DNA of 64,000 nucleotides from Eledone cirrhosa (GCA_964016885.1 OZ024744.1:34472001-34536000), one strand, 5' to 3'. Shown: positions 24,190-38,535, numbered from the stretch's first letter. Numbers and translations are program-made. The notes: generated by a model from the letters alone, not told the origin.

Positions 24190-26470
24190 CGTTAGCGTAT
24201 AATGTGGGGCTGTAATACAGGAAAGTTTTGTGCAATTTATGTTTACAAGTCGAAATTGCCTCAGACTTTTTGTTTAAGATGTGGTCATTGGCGTAGAGTA
24301 TTCCAGGGCTTCAGCCGCGCAGAGGTCACATGGTCTTTTATTTCCATTATACGATCTAGCCTAAGCTAGGATGTCCCAGTGTAAATTATATTGGGTGTGG
24401 TTGTCTTTTAGACTCCAGATATAAGCTGAAAGTGACGTCATATTCCTTCTTAAACGGTTAAGAAAAGAATGGGTATGCATGTAAAGACGCTGCTTGAATC
24501 TATTGGCGGTTAACCCCATGTAGACCCTACGGGACGTGGGTGTTTCAACCTTACAATGTTACTAGAGAGGCCTTTCCCCGATAGGGGACAGTCAACCTGA
24601 TTCCTACAATTACAGTTAGTATTAGCTACAGGGTTGCACGTGTTCCTACGGCTAGGTAATTTAGCTAAATTTGAAGCTGTGATGTCATGTGCAAGGTTAG
24701 GAGTTGTAGAGTAAGAACTTTTAATGGTATTTCTATTAAAAATTTTACTATATTTATGTGCTGGGGGAAATGCTTCATAATAAGGGAGAGAAAGATCTTA
24801 GCTAATGGTCTGGCCACCTCCATATTATATGGTGGGTTATACCATATAATGCGTCGGGATCTATTTTTCCTAGGTCTATTCTCATACTCGGTATATGCTA
24901 CCTTATCGACAAATCCTCTCCGAGCAAGAGCTTCATTGTAATATGTGGAATGGTCGGTGAAAATATGCTCGTTTGTAGATAGACGGGAAAGCCTCAAAGA
25001 GACGTTTCGTACCAGGTTCTTGGTTATGCTGGCAGGATGGTTAGAATGCTTACTTATGTAATTAATCGTATCATTCGGCTTTCTATACGACAAATTGAGG
25101 GTAACGTCGAAGTAATTAACGACCGCGAGGTTGGCCTCAACCTGTATGGAGAGGTTGAAGCCTTTAAAGAAGGCTGTGAGTTCCTTTCTGAACCTGTCGC
25201 AAGCATGTGGGCCGCACTTTGTCATGGACAAATGACCGTCATCAGTGTACAAACCACCGCCCACATTGGGGAATTCTTCCTTGATAGAGAAAAGAAGGAA
25301 ATGGCCGATAAGATCAGTAACCTCCGCAGAATCGCTGGCGCCCATACTCACGTCGAATGGGGTACTATTAGATTTTTTAAATCCAAATAGAGTCGTAGAT
25401 ATTAATCACCAACTTAGGGGTATTGAGGATGACATCAACTTCGAAATCCTTAACCACTGTGAGTGTTTTAGCGAAATTGATAGCTCTAAGGAGAAGTGGT
25501 AAAGTGATGGATGAGTAGTAATTATTGATGTCGAATTGGATAAAACGGCAATGTTCCTTGTTGCATATGCCGTCGAACCAATCAATCACCGCGAAAGAAT
25601 TATTCCACAGTGCAAGAGGAGCCAAACTTCTAATTTCAGGTATAATTCTATCTAAAATCCTTTTACTAAGTTTACCTAAATCGGACTTCGTAGGGTTAAT
25701 AAGCCGAATAGAGAGGTTGTTCGGGAAATTGGATTTGTGATCCTTCAGGGTAAAAGTGGGGAGAAATAGGGTCGAGAGGTTCAGTCCGGTCCAGGATGTT
25801 GAGATCAGAGGTGATTTTAAAACCAGCATCGTTGATGTCATTAATGGCGCTCCGATTAGTTTTACGGTAATCCTTAGTTATAGCATTATGTAGCAGTTGA
25901 TGGTGAGTACTCCGCTCCATTTGATATAGATTGCCAGTTTTGTCGGAGTGGACGTGCACGGCATTAGAATCCTTAATAGAACGAATTCTATTCTTCAGGT
26001 CCTGCTGGAAGGAATTGCTCCTATACCGAAATTTGATACTCCGTATGAGTTCCAAGACATCATTTTCGAAGGGTAGCAATGCTGGGTTACTCGGAGGGTT
26101 ATTGTAGTTTTTAAACCCAAATTTATCCTGTTTGTTGTCCGCTTTTCCCTGATTATCGAAATAAAGGGCACGCCAACGCAACCTTTTAATGAACGCGTCT
26201 GTTTTCTGTATCAGGAGTTTTAGGTATGTTTTCCTGATTGGTACGGGTATGTTCTTTGTAGAAATATTCAGATGTTGTTTCTGCATGATGAATATAAGTC
26301 AATAGAGGAGATACCGTTTTCAGATAGAGCCCCCCCCCCCCCACACACACACATATATATATAGTAAAATAAAACAAGGACGAATGGTTACTCCTTCATT
26401 ACGTTTATTGGTAGGTGACGCGCGTTTCGCCGCGGATCAGCTCAAGGTTCGATCTGTATCGATCTAGCCC
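24190..26470 (-). mobile_element. Near full-length degenerate PLE (Nematis-like)
   Basis: STKNIP..FIKRLRWRA; HSDKTGNLY; TLKDHK..RLINP; FIQFDINNYYSSI; MGASDSAEVTDLIG; LYTDDG; WYNPPYN; GIY-YIG near 24250-24610. The 3' half of an HHR (GAAACGCGCGUC..AAUAAA) lies upstream at ~26404-26432. Confidence 0.9.
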
Positions 26471-26572
26471 ACATATATACACATACTTAGAAACCCTTTC
26501 TATTTAGCAGGATACAGTAATGATATATTCGTCTCTTTGAAGTCACCGGTTGGAATTCAACACCACCACCAG

Positions 26573-26633
<61 letters not shown>

Positions 26634-26916
26634 CTTCCCTGTCTCCTTCTCTATCCCTCTCTATGTTTCTCTTTCAATCTACTCTGTCACAGCCACCATC
26701 TCTTTTTTTCTATTCTTCCCTCTCTCTCTCTCTTTTATGAAGTTACACAGAAAATCCCATATCTCGGGAACCCATGCACCGATTTACGCGAAACATGTTT
26801 TATTCCATCATTTGTACTCCCATTTCAAGAGCCACTTCCTTTCAAAGTATTTTCCCTTTATGCGTCCTTTTGGCTGTATTACATTACAGACAAGCAAGCA
26901 ATCACAGAGTTTTAGT

Positions 26917-26977
<61 letters not shown>

Positions 26978-26978
26978 T

Positions 26979-27060
<82 letters not shown>

Positions 27061-27619
27061 TTTATCTCTTAAACATTCCGTATTAAAATTATTATACAAC
27101 ATATATATACGTTTACTGCTCAAGCTGCTAGAACTAGCAGCTATATCATATACAAGCAATAAACCAATTAGGCCTACTTACACAAAAGTTGAATACACCT
27201 CCTATACTGAAAACAAAAACATAAATGAAAACTTTTCAATGACACTAAGTATACATTATCTTTCTCCCTTTCCTTACCTCTCTCAGCCTCTCAGTCTGCT
27301 AATATGCAAATCAGGCCGATCAGTCACTGTATATTTTAGCAAATATCATACATTTTCACTAGCTCAGACAGTTGACAGATAAGCAGTATACGGTTCTGAT
27401 GAAGGGTAATCACCCAGAAACATTAGTGTCTGCAGTTCTGTTTACATTCCAATACAAGAGCAAGAATGAGGGGTTCATTCTACTGACATGGCTTAAAGAG
27501 GCTGTTGGCATGATTGCAACCGAATCGAATATTATTTACTTTTACGTGTAGACAGCGTGTGTGTGTGTCTGTCTGCGATACACGCCGCCCATCCGTCGTC
27601 CGTCTTCCAAGTTAGTTTT

Positions 27620-27790
27620 ACAGTATCGGTAGAGGCTCGGACGCCATGCTTTGACGCATAGAGTTACGGCCCTGCCATTCTGAGTTCAAATCCCGCCGAG
27701 GTTAACTTTGCCTTTCATCCTTACGGGGTCGATAAAATAAAGTACCAGTAATACACTGTGTAATTGCTGGCCTTGTGCCAAAAGTAGAAA
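27620..27790 (+). mobile_element. tRNA-derived SINE
   Basis: Same family as 22895-23075. Confidence 0.85.
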
Positions 27791-27846
27791 AAAAAATTAT
27801 TAATATTGGAAAATCTCAGATTACATTTATACACACACACACACAC

Positions 27847-27878
<32 letters not shown>

Positions 27879-28972
27879 AGACACGGGGGAAGAAAAAATG
27901 GCTTCACTTGTGCTTTCAACAAATTTATTTTCTTCACAAAATCCAAAAAGAATTTTTTTCCGGATTAGAAAAAAAATTTTTCTTAGAAAAAAATGTTTTC
28001 TTAGAAAAAATTATTTTATAAATTAAGTTGTTGGTTGTTGGTTAGGTCTTAGGAGTTCTTGGTTAACGTAGGAGGTATTGTTTCGTTTTTAGAACGACCT
28101 TTCACGCTGAGGTGCGCTTGTCAAACTGATGTGTATGTGGTGTGTTGTTCTATATATAGGGATTTAACATGTCTGTGGTGTGGTGGGGGCTTCTTTTCTC
28201 CCCCTTTAATAAGTGTATGGGTGTAGGTGTGTTGAAAAAGTGTTAAGAGCAGTAATGAGTTGGACGGTGAGTAGGGTTGGGTGGGGAGAAATGTAGCAAG
28301 TGCGGCCTGTCCCGGTCATTCTAGAAAAATTCCTTTATTCAGGGGAAAAAAGCTTTTAGTATTCCTTTTGTGTTGAGAATGGTCACAGGCAAATCGCACC
28401 TGTCAATTTTGTAAATAATTATTTTTTTATTTTTTTATGAAGAATTTTTCTACGTCCATCCCAAAATTAGTCCTTTGTTCAACACACACATATGTGCGTA
28501 TACACGTACATACACACACGGGCATATGTAGGAATATATAGGCACACACCATCAATCACACACCCATGTACAAATACATCCACATACATACACAAAAACA
28601 TATAGAGACACATATAAAAACACATATACACATACGTATTCAAAGAATTCTTCATTGAAAAATTTAAACCTCTACTGAACACGAAAAAATGAATTAACAC
28701 TCGGAGGTACAATTCCATTTCACTACCCCCCCTCCTCTTCTTATGTGTACACATGAATATCTGAGTGAACGGTGAGACACACACATATGTGTGTGTAGGT
28801 ATGTATGGATGTATGTACGTGTGGGTATATATGTATGTGGGTGTGTGTATGTGTGTGTGTGTATATATATATGTATGGATGTGTGTATGTTTGTATGTGT
28901 GTGTGTATATATATATATGTATGTGTGTATATGTATGTATATGTATATGTATGTGTATGTTTGTATATATAA

Positions 28973-29011
<39 letters not shown>

Positions 29012-29159
29012 TAGATAGATATATATGTTTATGTGTGTGTGTATGTATATGTATGTACCTATATATATGTGTGTGTGTGTATGTATGTGCATATATGTAT
29101 ATATGTGTGCACATATGTGTATATTTCTGTATGTGTATATGTATGTATGTATGTAGATG

Positions 29160-29262
<103 letters not shown>

Positions 29263-29353
29263 ATGTATATATGTGTCTTTATGTGCTCGTGTGTACACAT
29301 ATATATATGTATGTATGTATGTGTGTATGTATGTGTGTGTATGTATATATATG

Positions 29354-29385
<32 letters not shown>

Positions 29386-29387
29386 TA

Positions 29388-29666
29388 TATTTCGTTTCTG
29401 AATTTGTTTAGCAAGATTCATTATCTGAAATCGTGTGTTGAAACCGATATTGTTATACTTTGGGAGGGTCATGTTGCCAATAAGAAACACACGCACCAGT
29501 TGCTTTCACTTCAATTTATTATATATTTATATCTGGTTGTGGAACCAACCAACCAACCAGAAATTTATAAATTTGTAAATTTGTAAATTTATAAATATAT
29601 AATAAATTGAAGTGAAAGCAACTGGTGCGTGTGTTTCTTATTGGCAACATGACCCTCCCAAAGTAT

Positions 29667-29672
<6 letters not shown>
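29388..29672. mobile_element. Fold-back fragment of the Naiad-like pLTR
   Basis: 29448-29520 and 29598-29672 are inverted copies matching 950-1022 and 13272-13370. Confidence 0.8.
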
Positions 29673-29732
<60 letters not shown>

Positions 29733-30072
29733 ATGTATGTGTATGTGTGTATGTGTGTATGCATGTACGTGTATGTGTATGTATGTATATATATATATAT
29801 GTGTATATATATATGGATATATATGTATGTGTATATGTATGTATATGTGTGTATGTGTCTGTATGTGTTTATGTGTACATATATGTATATATATATGTTT
29901 GTATATATATATATATAAAAAGGGCAAAGGAGCAAAAGAGCTCTTAAGGGTCAAAGGGCAAAGGGCAAAGGGTCAAAGGGTCAAAATGGCAAAGGGAAAA
30001 GGAGCTCTTAAGAGTCAATGGCCATCCAAAATCACTGGGAGAGATGACCCCTTAGCCTTTATCAAGGCAGAA

Positions 30073-30548
<476 letters not shown>

Positions 30549-30565
30549 GCCTCTCTCTATATATG

Positions 30566-30612
<47 letters not shown>

Positions 30613-30693
30613 ATGTGTGTGTGTGTGTATGTGTGCGTGTATGTGTATATATGTATATTTAGTTATGTATCTTTATGTGTGTATATGTATGTG

Positions 30694-30742
<49 letters not shown>

Positions 30743-30781
30743 ATATATGTGTATATGTGTGTATATGTATATGTATGTGTA

Positions 30782-30831
<50 letters not shown>

Positions 30832-31621
30832 CATGTGGAGGTATGAGTACATATTCGTGTGTGTACGTATGTGTATATGTGTTTTTATATGTGTCTATAT
30901 GTTTTTGTGTATGTATGTGGATGTATTTGTACATGGGTGTGTGATTGATGGTGTGTGCCTATATATTCCTACATATGCCAGTGTGTGTATGTACGTGTAT
31001 ACGCACATATGTGTGTGTTGAACAAAGGACTAATTTTGGGATGGACGTAGAAAAATTCTTCAGAAAAAAATAAAAAAATAATTATTTACAAACTTGGCAG
31101 GTGCGATTTGCCTGTGACCATTCTCAACACAAAAGGAATACTAAAAGCTTTTTTCCCCTGAATAAAGGAAGTTTTCGAGAATGACCGGGGCAGGCCGCAC
31201 TTGCTACATTTCTCCCCACCCAACCCTACTCACCGTCCAACTCATTACTGCTATTAACACTTTTTCAACACACCTACACCCATACACTTATTAAAGGGGG
31301 AGAAAAGAAACCCCCACCACACCACAGACATGTTAAATCCCTATATATAGAACAACACACCACATACACATCAGTTTGACAAGCGCACCTCAGCGTGAAA
31401 GGTCGTTCTAAAAACGAAACAATACCTCCTACGTTAACCAACAACTCCTAAGACCTAACCAACAACTAACAACTTAATTTATAAAATAATTTTTTCTAAT
31501 CCGGAAAAAAATTCTTTTTGGATTTTGTGAAGAAAATAAATTTGTTGAAAGCACAAGTGAAGCCATTTTTTCTTCCCCCCTGTCTTAATATATCTAACTC
31601 TACCAAGGATTACACACATTT

Positions 31622-31685
<64 letters not shown>

Positions 31686-31706
31686 AAAATTATTGTTTAT
31701 ACTACT

Positions 31707-32960
31707 CAGGTCGAGCGGAGGTGGCGAACACTTTCATAGCGTCCGTCATCTACTACCGCTTGACCGTCGTGCCTTGTCCCCTTGAATACCTCACCAAGAT
31801 GGAACGCATGCTCTTTCAGTTCCTTCAGAAGAAGCAGGCTCCACTGGTGAGGAGATCCGTCTGCTGCTGTCAGCACCTTTCTAACGGAGGGCTGGGAATG
31901 CCGTGGCTGATGATGCGCAAACACGCGCTGAGGCTACGGCATCTCCAGGTATTCCTCATCGAACAACCGATGTGGGCCCCGTTTGTGAGACAGGCCTTCC
32001 CGCAACTTATCTCGCTGATGGAGCCGCAGTCCTGGGTCAAGCATTGAATGCGCTCAGGCGCTCACAGTCCTCTTTCAAGCGGGCACAGCAATCAGTGGAG
32101 ACTCCACTTCGACATTCTGTAAAAGGTTAGTACGTTACCAGTACTACGACGTGCTCGGCGAGACTCTGGGCGTCGAAGACGACGAGCTCACCAGTCTGTC
32201 GGTAGGACTTTCCGCCCGGGACCATGGACAACTTCCAGAGGCCCCTGGCCTGGCAGTGCTACCGAGGAACTCTACCAGTTCGAGACAAGATCTACAAGCA
32301 CGGACGCCCCAGCAGGGATCCTTCTAAGTGGACGTGTCTAAGATGCGAGCAGGACATTGAAACCGTCTTGCACGTAATTGTACACTGCCCGGGTGTAACC
32401 GACCTGTGGAACTACGCGGAACAACTGCTGTCGCGTATGGGACAAATCCAGTTGACTGCCGAGTCCATAGTAAGGATCAAACCGCCAACCTCCTTCAAAA
32501 ACGAAAGAGAGGCGGTTTTCCTCTGTACAGTGGCTATGGTGAAAGAGGTTATATGGTGGACGAGATTGAGAGGACTGGGGACAGATGCCTTTCTCTCCGG
32601 ACAACTCATTCCCTTCTTTAGGTACCACTTTAGAAGGAGAATCAGAGTGGAGAGAGAGGCACTGCACCCCAGTAGATTTACTGAAAGGTGGGTGAATGTA
32701 GCAAAATGGCCCGAGTATATAAACCTAGTTGAAGAAGAGAACAAAAGGAAGAAAGAGCACTTGCACAACACGCTCTTGGAGTTGAGGGTTGTTCTATCTA
32801 CGGCGTATTAAACAACCCATCTGTAACGCCTCCCCCCTATTGGGGATTTCGATTGTTGAATTTGTTTGTTTAAAATTTTTTTACACGAAATCTATGTAAA
32901 ATCCCCGGCATATGTCCTTGTATTGTCCCCTTTTGTTGTGCGCCCTTGTGTCAAATAAAG
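31707..32960 (+). mobile_element. 5'-truncated L1/Tx1-clade LINE (ORF2 C-terminus, disrupted)
   Basis: RAEVANTFIASVIYY, GGLGMP, CLRC..ETVLHVIVHCP zinc knuckle. 3' UTR with AATAAA. Confidence 0.85.
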
Positions 32961-32981
32961 ATATATTTATATATATATATT

Positions 32982-33078
<97 letters not shown>

Positions 33079-33939
33079 ATATATATATATATAACTAAGA
33101 ATTAACGTTAAGACTCGTTACATAATCTATTTATTGCTTAATACGTAATACAATCATTACATTTGCTACTACCACCGGTGTGACATGTATATCACAGTGA
33201 ACATATATGTTCACCACTGGAATTTTGGAAAGATGGACGTGTTTGCTTGAGGCCTATCTACTTCTTCACACTAATGAGTTAACATCTGATGATGTCACAT
33301 CGGTGCCGGTTGCTGTTGTAATGATTGCATGATGACTGAATATTGGTGTCACTAAAATACGTATAACGCAACAAATATGATTATGTAACAAGTGTCTTAA
33401 TGTAAATTCAACTCCGTTGCATTTCATCGCCATTGTAGCGCTGGATATATATCACTGCGTGGAGTGACCTTACCTGCTTACGCTTGTTTCTCAACGAGTC
33501 GACGCAACACGACTCTTACGGATATGCATCTCATTAAATACGAACTATAAATTATAAATATATATATATGCATATATATATATACATTTAATATAGAAAT
33601 GGCTTCTACAGGACTAAAACTGTTTCATTCGGGAGAAATGATCAGGAAACTATTGAGTACCTTACTTACTGTGGTTACCCCCGATTGAACCAGGGATAAA
33701 CATATATATATATTCATGCTAGGTTATTTATATATACTAGTAGAAAAACCACCCGTCGGGTGGTTTTCTGCTAGCATGTGTAGGGTGTATATTATATATA
33801 CATGTAGATATGATACATCAAATAAAATCGTAATTGACAATATAAACAGAAATTGAACGAAGACGTTGTTACACTGTCTTGTGTAATCAGTAACGTAATT
33901 CATGATACATTAAAAAAGACGATATTATATATAAACTGG

Positions 33940-34190
33940 TTGACTTTGCTTTTCATCCTTACGGGGTCGATAAAATAAAGTACCAGTAATGCACTGGGTA
34001 ATTGCTGGCCTTGTGCCTAAAGTAGAAACAATTATATATAAACTGCATGCAGCATAGTTACGGCCCTTTACGGACTGAGTTCAAATCTCGCCGAGGTTAA
34101 CTTTGCCTTTCATCCTTACGGGGTCGATAAAATAAAGTACCAGTAATGCATTGGATAATTGTTGGCCTTGTGTCAAAAGTAAAAACAATT
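33940..34190 (+). mobile_element. Two tandem partial tRNA-derived SINEs
   Basis: Two copies of the SINE body, B box at ~34078. Confidence 0.8.
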
Positions 34191-34375
34191 ATATATAAAC
34201 TGCTTTAGGAGAAATTAGTGACAGAAAATTAGTATGTTTATTTAAGTGATCGCCACCGGAAGTGTTGATATCACACACTTTCTCTTTCTATATATATGGT
34301 AGTTGAAGTGGTGGTGGTGGCAACGATATACCGGAAGCGCAACTTTGAAAAGAAGTCAATTTTAAATTATTTATT

Positions 34376-34711
34376 AATGTTGGGATTGCTAGTTCGAATC
34401 ATGGGGGTTTAGTTTTCACAACATCAATAACAAATAGCGTATAATTAAGACAATAACATCAACAATAAAATATGCATGGTAAATAGATAGAGAACATGAT
34501 GAATAAAATCAGGGATAGGGTACTCTTATTTTCTTCTTCTTATTATTATGATGAATCTCAATGTACCCTATCCCTAATTTTATTCATCATGTTCTCTATC
34601 TATTTACCATGCATATTTTATTGTTGATGGTATTGTCTTAATTATACGCTATTTGTTATTGATGTTGTGAAGACTAAACCTCCATGATTCGAACTAGCAA
34701 TCCCAACATTT
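34376..34711. repeat. Inverted repeat with ~148-bp arms
   Basis: 34376-34523 versus 34563-34711 with few mismatches. Confidence 0.88.
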
Positions 34712-35212
34712 AGAATAAGCCACCTAAACCTTAAAATACTGAATCTACAATTTCACTTAATAGCACCTAAGAACCATATATCTCTATACACTCACTCTAT
34801 CAATCTCACTAAGTTGATACATCGAAAATACTTATCCGTCAAACCATAAATCAATCTCCGGTTTATTGCTAGTGTGGTTTTAGACCCACAGCACACTTGT
34901 ATCTAGATCCTTCATAATTGCACTTAAAGTGTAGATTCCAAAATCTGACTCTAAGTGCATTTTATCTCTTCATCCCTCAAATACTACATCTAATGTACCC
35001 TATAGTAGTTTTCACATGTCAATTTCATACATCTGTATCATATCAGTTCGTTTACCATGCTTGTTTTATCATTATATTCTATTTCTTACTTATATTGATG
35101 TTATTATTTTAACTATTCAGTATCTAGTTATTTTGTTATTGATATTATTGTTCTGGTCTAATACCACTTTTCTATAAAAGCCATGCTTTGCGTATTATCC
35201 TCACATCCGCAC

Positions 35213-35319
35213 GCTCTGATGAATTGACTGGTCATAAACAAAGTATTGGAGATCGATTGACGCAACATCAAGCGATTAGCGAGCTCTAGACCTACCAGAT
35301 CAAAGAAACAATTGTCAGC
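35213..35319 (+). ncRNA. Type I HHR with a long helix II insert
   Basis: GCU-CUGAUGA-AUUGACUGGU...ACCAGAUCAAA-GAAA-CAAUUG-UC-AGC. Palindromic helix III, AATAAA at ~35327. Confidence 0.7.
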
Positions 35320-35544
35320 AATATGAATAAAGCCCTTATTGTACAGCCAACCTTGTCACTCTTCTTTCTTGATTTATTATTACTGCAAGTATAAACTACA
35401 TAGAAATCACCGTGAACTCGCTGCATCACTATGGAAGCGTCTTGCTGAGTCAAACTAAGCCATACGTTAAAACCATCCATAACACGGAATACTCTAACTG
35501 GACTACCTCCAAGTGGATTGCCTATAACAATAACTTGTTATAGC

Positions 35545-35624
<80 letters not shown>

Positions 35625-35633
<9 letters not shown>

Positions 35634-35797
35634 TATATGTATGTACGTATACGTACATATATATATGTGTGCATGTATGTGTATATATATACATACTACT
35701 GTACGTCTGTATACATATGTGTATGTACGTATACATACTTATATTTAAGTAACAGCCGTACTGAGAGTGTGAAATGAAATTTCGTTTCATTTTTTCC

Positions 35798-35842
<45 letters not shown>

Positions 35843-36390
35843 TATGTATACGTATATGTATGTACATATATGTATGTACGTGTACATACTTATATTTAAG
35901 TAACAGCCGTACTAAGAGTGAGAAATGAAATTTCGTTTCATTTTTTTACATTTATCGTTTTCGGTACCCCGGCCGATTAACTCACTCGATATACAAATAA
36001 GGCTGCTCAGCCGTTAATATGCATAAGGAAAGTATATACTTTCAGACGTTCAATCATCTGGCAGGAAGGTATACGGGGCTGACGATAGCTAATAAGCTTG
36101 AAACTAGTACAGCGTTCCTTTGTCAGTGTTGAACAAATGAGCAACGATGGTTGCTAGACACTGTATGGCTTAATTCGGGATGTTTGTTTACAAACACACC
36201 GAGCATTATAATAAATGCTCGGTAAATCCATACGTACATATATATATGCGTGCATGTATGTATATATATATATAATACATACTACTGTACGTCTGTATAC
36301 ATATATGTATGTACGTATACATACTTATATTTAAGTAACAGCCGTACTAAGAGTGAAAAATGAAATTTCGTTTCATTTTTTCCGTTTATA
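35625..36390 (+). mobile_element. Retrozyme-like family B partial tandem (435-bp period); HHR at 36074-36114
   Basis: ATACTTATATTTAAGTAACAGCCG recurs at 35886 and 36321, with a further partial copy at ~35735. Core intact, helix I weakened. Confidence 0.8.
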
Positions 36391-36429
36391 TATATATATA
36401 TATATATAAAAACAAATATTAACTTAATT

Positions 36430-36466
<37 letters not shown>

Positions 36467-36504
36467 AGGAGGTTATAGTTCACTTGAAGCATTATGTAAT
36501 GAGG

Positions 36505-36861
36505 TATAAACGTTTGTATATATATAATAAAGCCAAAACGATGCAGGTATGGACATAGAATAAAGAATGCAAATGCAAAAGATATTGTTGACAAATAGTC
36601 TTTTACCTTAGATTTATTTAAATGTCCTTAATTTTCAAGATAATATCTCTTCTTCGGAGGGAAGTAAAGCGGTTAAACCAGTGTTCTAAATAGCTTGGCA
36701 AGTCATTACTTCCCTCCGAAGAAGAGATATTATCTCGAAAATTAAGGACATTTAAATAAATCTAAGGTAAAAGACTAATTGTCAATAATATCTTTTGCAT
36801 TTGCATTCTTCATTCTATGTCCATACCTGCATTGTTTTGGCTTTATTATATATATACAAAC

Positions 36862-36868
<7 letters not shown>
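36505..36868. repeat. Inverted repeat with ~160-bp arms, each with a minimal HHR-like motif (CCGAAGA core; plus copy 36712-36748)
   Basis: CCCU-CCGAAGA-A-GAGAUAUUAUCUC-GAAA-AU-UA-AGGA, then AATAAA. Confidence 0.75.
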
Positions 36869-36892
<24 letters not shown>

Positions 36893-36899
<7 letters not shown>

Positions 36900-37338
36900 A
36901 TGTAAATATAATGTATTTTGCAATACACTTTATGCTTAATTAAAAGCATTTTGAAGACCGTAAGCTATTGTTTTAAAGTAGTGACAAATTCACTCACTTC
37001 GATCTCAGCAAACAGGAGGAGATAAGCCGACATGACATGTTTCGCTTTTGTTGAAGCTTATCAAGGCCAACTACCCCGCCCGTCTGCTGAGATCAATGAT
37101 GTTATATTCTTATAGAAATCTAGCAAATAATCAGGAGCTGATTATGCAGAGCGGGGTAGTTGGCCTTGATAAGCTTCAACAAAAGCGAAACATGTCATGT
37201 CGGCTTATCTCCTCCTGTTTGCTGAGATCGAAGTGAGTGAATTTGTCACTACTTTAAAACAATAGCTTACGGTCTTCAAAATGCTTTTAATTAAGCATAA
37301 AGTGTATTGCAAAATACATTATATTTACATCCATATAT
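36893..37338. repeat. Inverted repeat with ~185-bp arms, each with a U3-A8 HHR (37025-37068 minus, 37162-37205 plus)
   Basis: GGCC-UUGAUAA-GCUU-CAACAA-AAGC-GAAA-CAUGUCAUG-UC-GGCU. Confidence 0.85.
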
Positions 37339-37361
37339 ATATTGCTATTTCAGAGCTACAA

Positions 37362-37471
<110 letters not shown>

Positions 37472-37914
37472 AACATACATACATACGCAGATACATACAT
37501 GCATGCATACATCTACACGCACATATACATGTAGATGCATAAATACATGATGGCTGCAACTCAATTTCGAGTTATGCCATCGCTTAATATTTTAGCATGA
37601 ACATCACGGACGCGGTATTTTAGTCCTGCTAGGGCCTACTGCTAGCCTAGCCATGCAATGCAAAGGATGTCACATATCAAGCCATGTCTGTGCTTGAAGC
37701 TTTTTTAAGTGAGGAAAGGCTTTGCACGGAGCCAATCCCACTCTCTGAATATCGAATGTATTTGCCCAATGAAGTCACAAGTTTTATATCTGTGAGACTT
37801 TCTCCCAATGAAGACTGGGGTCTCTCACTCCACTGCCCCACTAAAAATACATATCGACATATATACATCATACATGCAAACATAATGTAAAATATACAAT
37901 CCTGCTCAAAGACC

Positions 37915-38535
37915 CATGCGTCGCCTGGAATCGAACTCAAGATCATATGATGGTGTCTCACTAAAATACACGACCCCATACATGCATGTACATACGTACA
38001 TAGATACACACATATTCATATATACATACATATATATACATACGGATATAAATTCATACATACGTGCATACATACAATCCGTAGAAAAGATAGCCCCGAT
38101 AATTAAAAGCTACAGCAATGTGGAAGACATACATATACATAATTGTTTCTGCTTTAGGCACAAGGCCAGCAATTACCCCAGTGCATTACTGGTACTTTAT
38201 TTTATCGACCGCGTAAGGATGAAAGGCAAAGTTAACCTCGGCGGGATTTGAACTCAGAATGGCAAGGGCCGTAACTCTATACGTCAAAGCATGTGCCTAA
38301 AGTAGAAACAATTATGTATATGTATGTCTTCCACATTGCTGTAGCTTTTAATTATCGGGGCTATCTTTTCTACGGATTGTATGTATGCACGTATGTATGA
38401 ATTTATATCCGTATGTATATATATGTATGTGTATATGTATATGTGTGTATCTATGTACGTATGTACATGTATGTATGGGGTCGTGCATTTTAGTGAGACA
38501 CCATCATATGATCTTCAGTTCGATTCCAGGCGACG
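37915..38535. repeat. Inverted repeat (~240-bp arms) folding back around a minus-strand SINE (38140-38292)
   Basis: 37915-38160 versus 38295-38535. The SINE tail is included in both arms. Confidence 0.85.

Noticed and set aside
27391-27435. HHR-like CUGAUGA-AGGGU/ACCCA-GAAACAUUAGUGUC
   Set aside because: No helix I can be formed. At best a decayed copy.
33736-33776. Palindrome resembling two opposed Helitron 3' ends (CTAG...CCCG/CGGG...CTAG)
   Set aside because: Too short, with no associated Helitron body.
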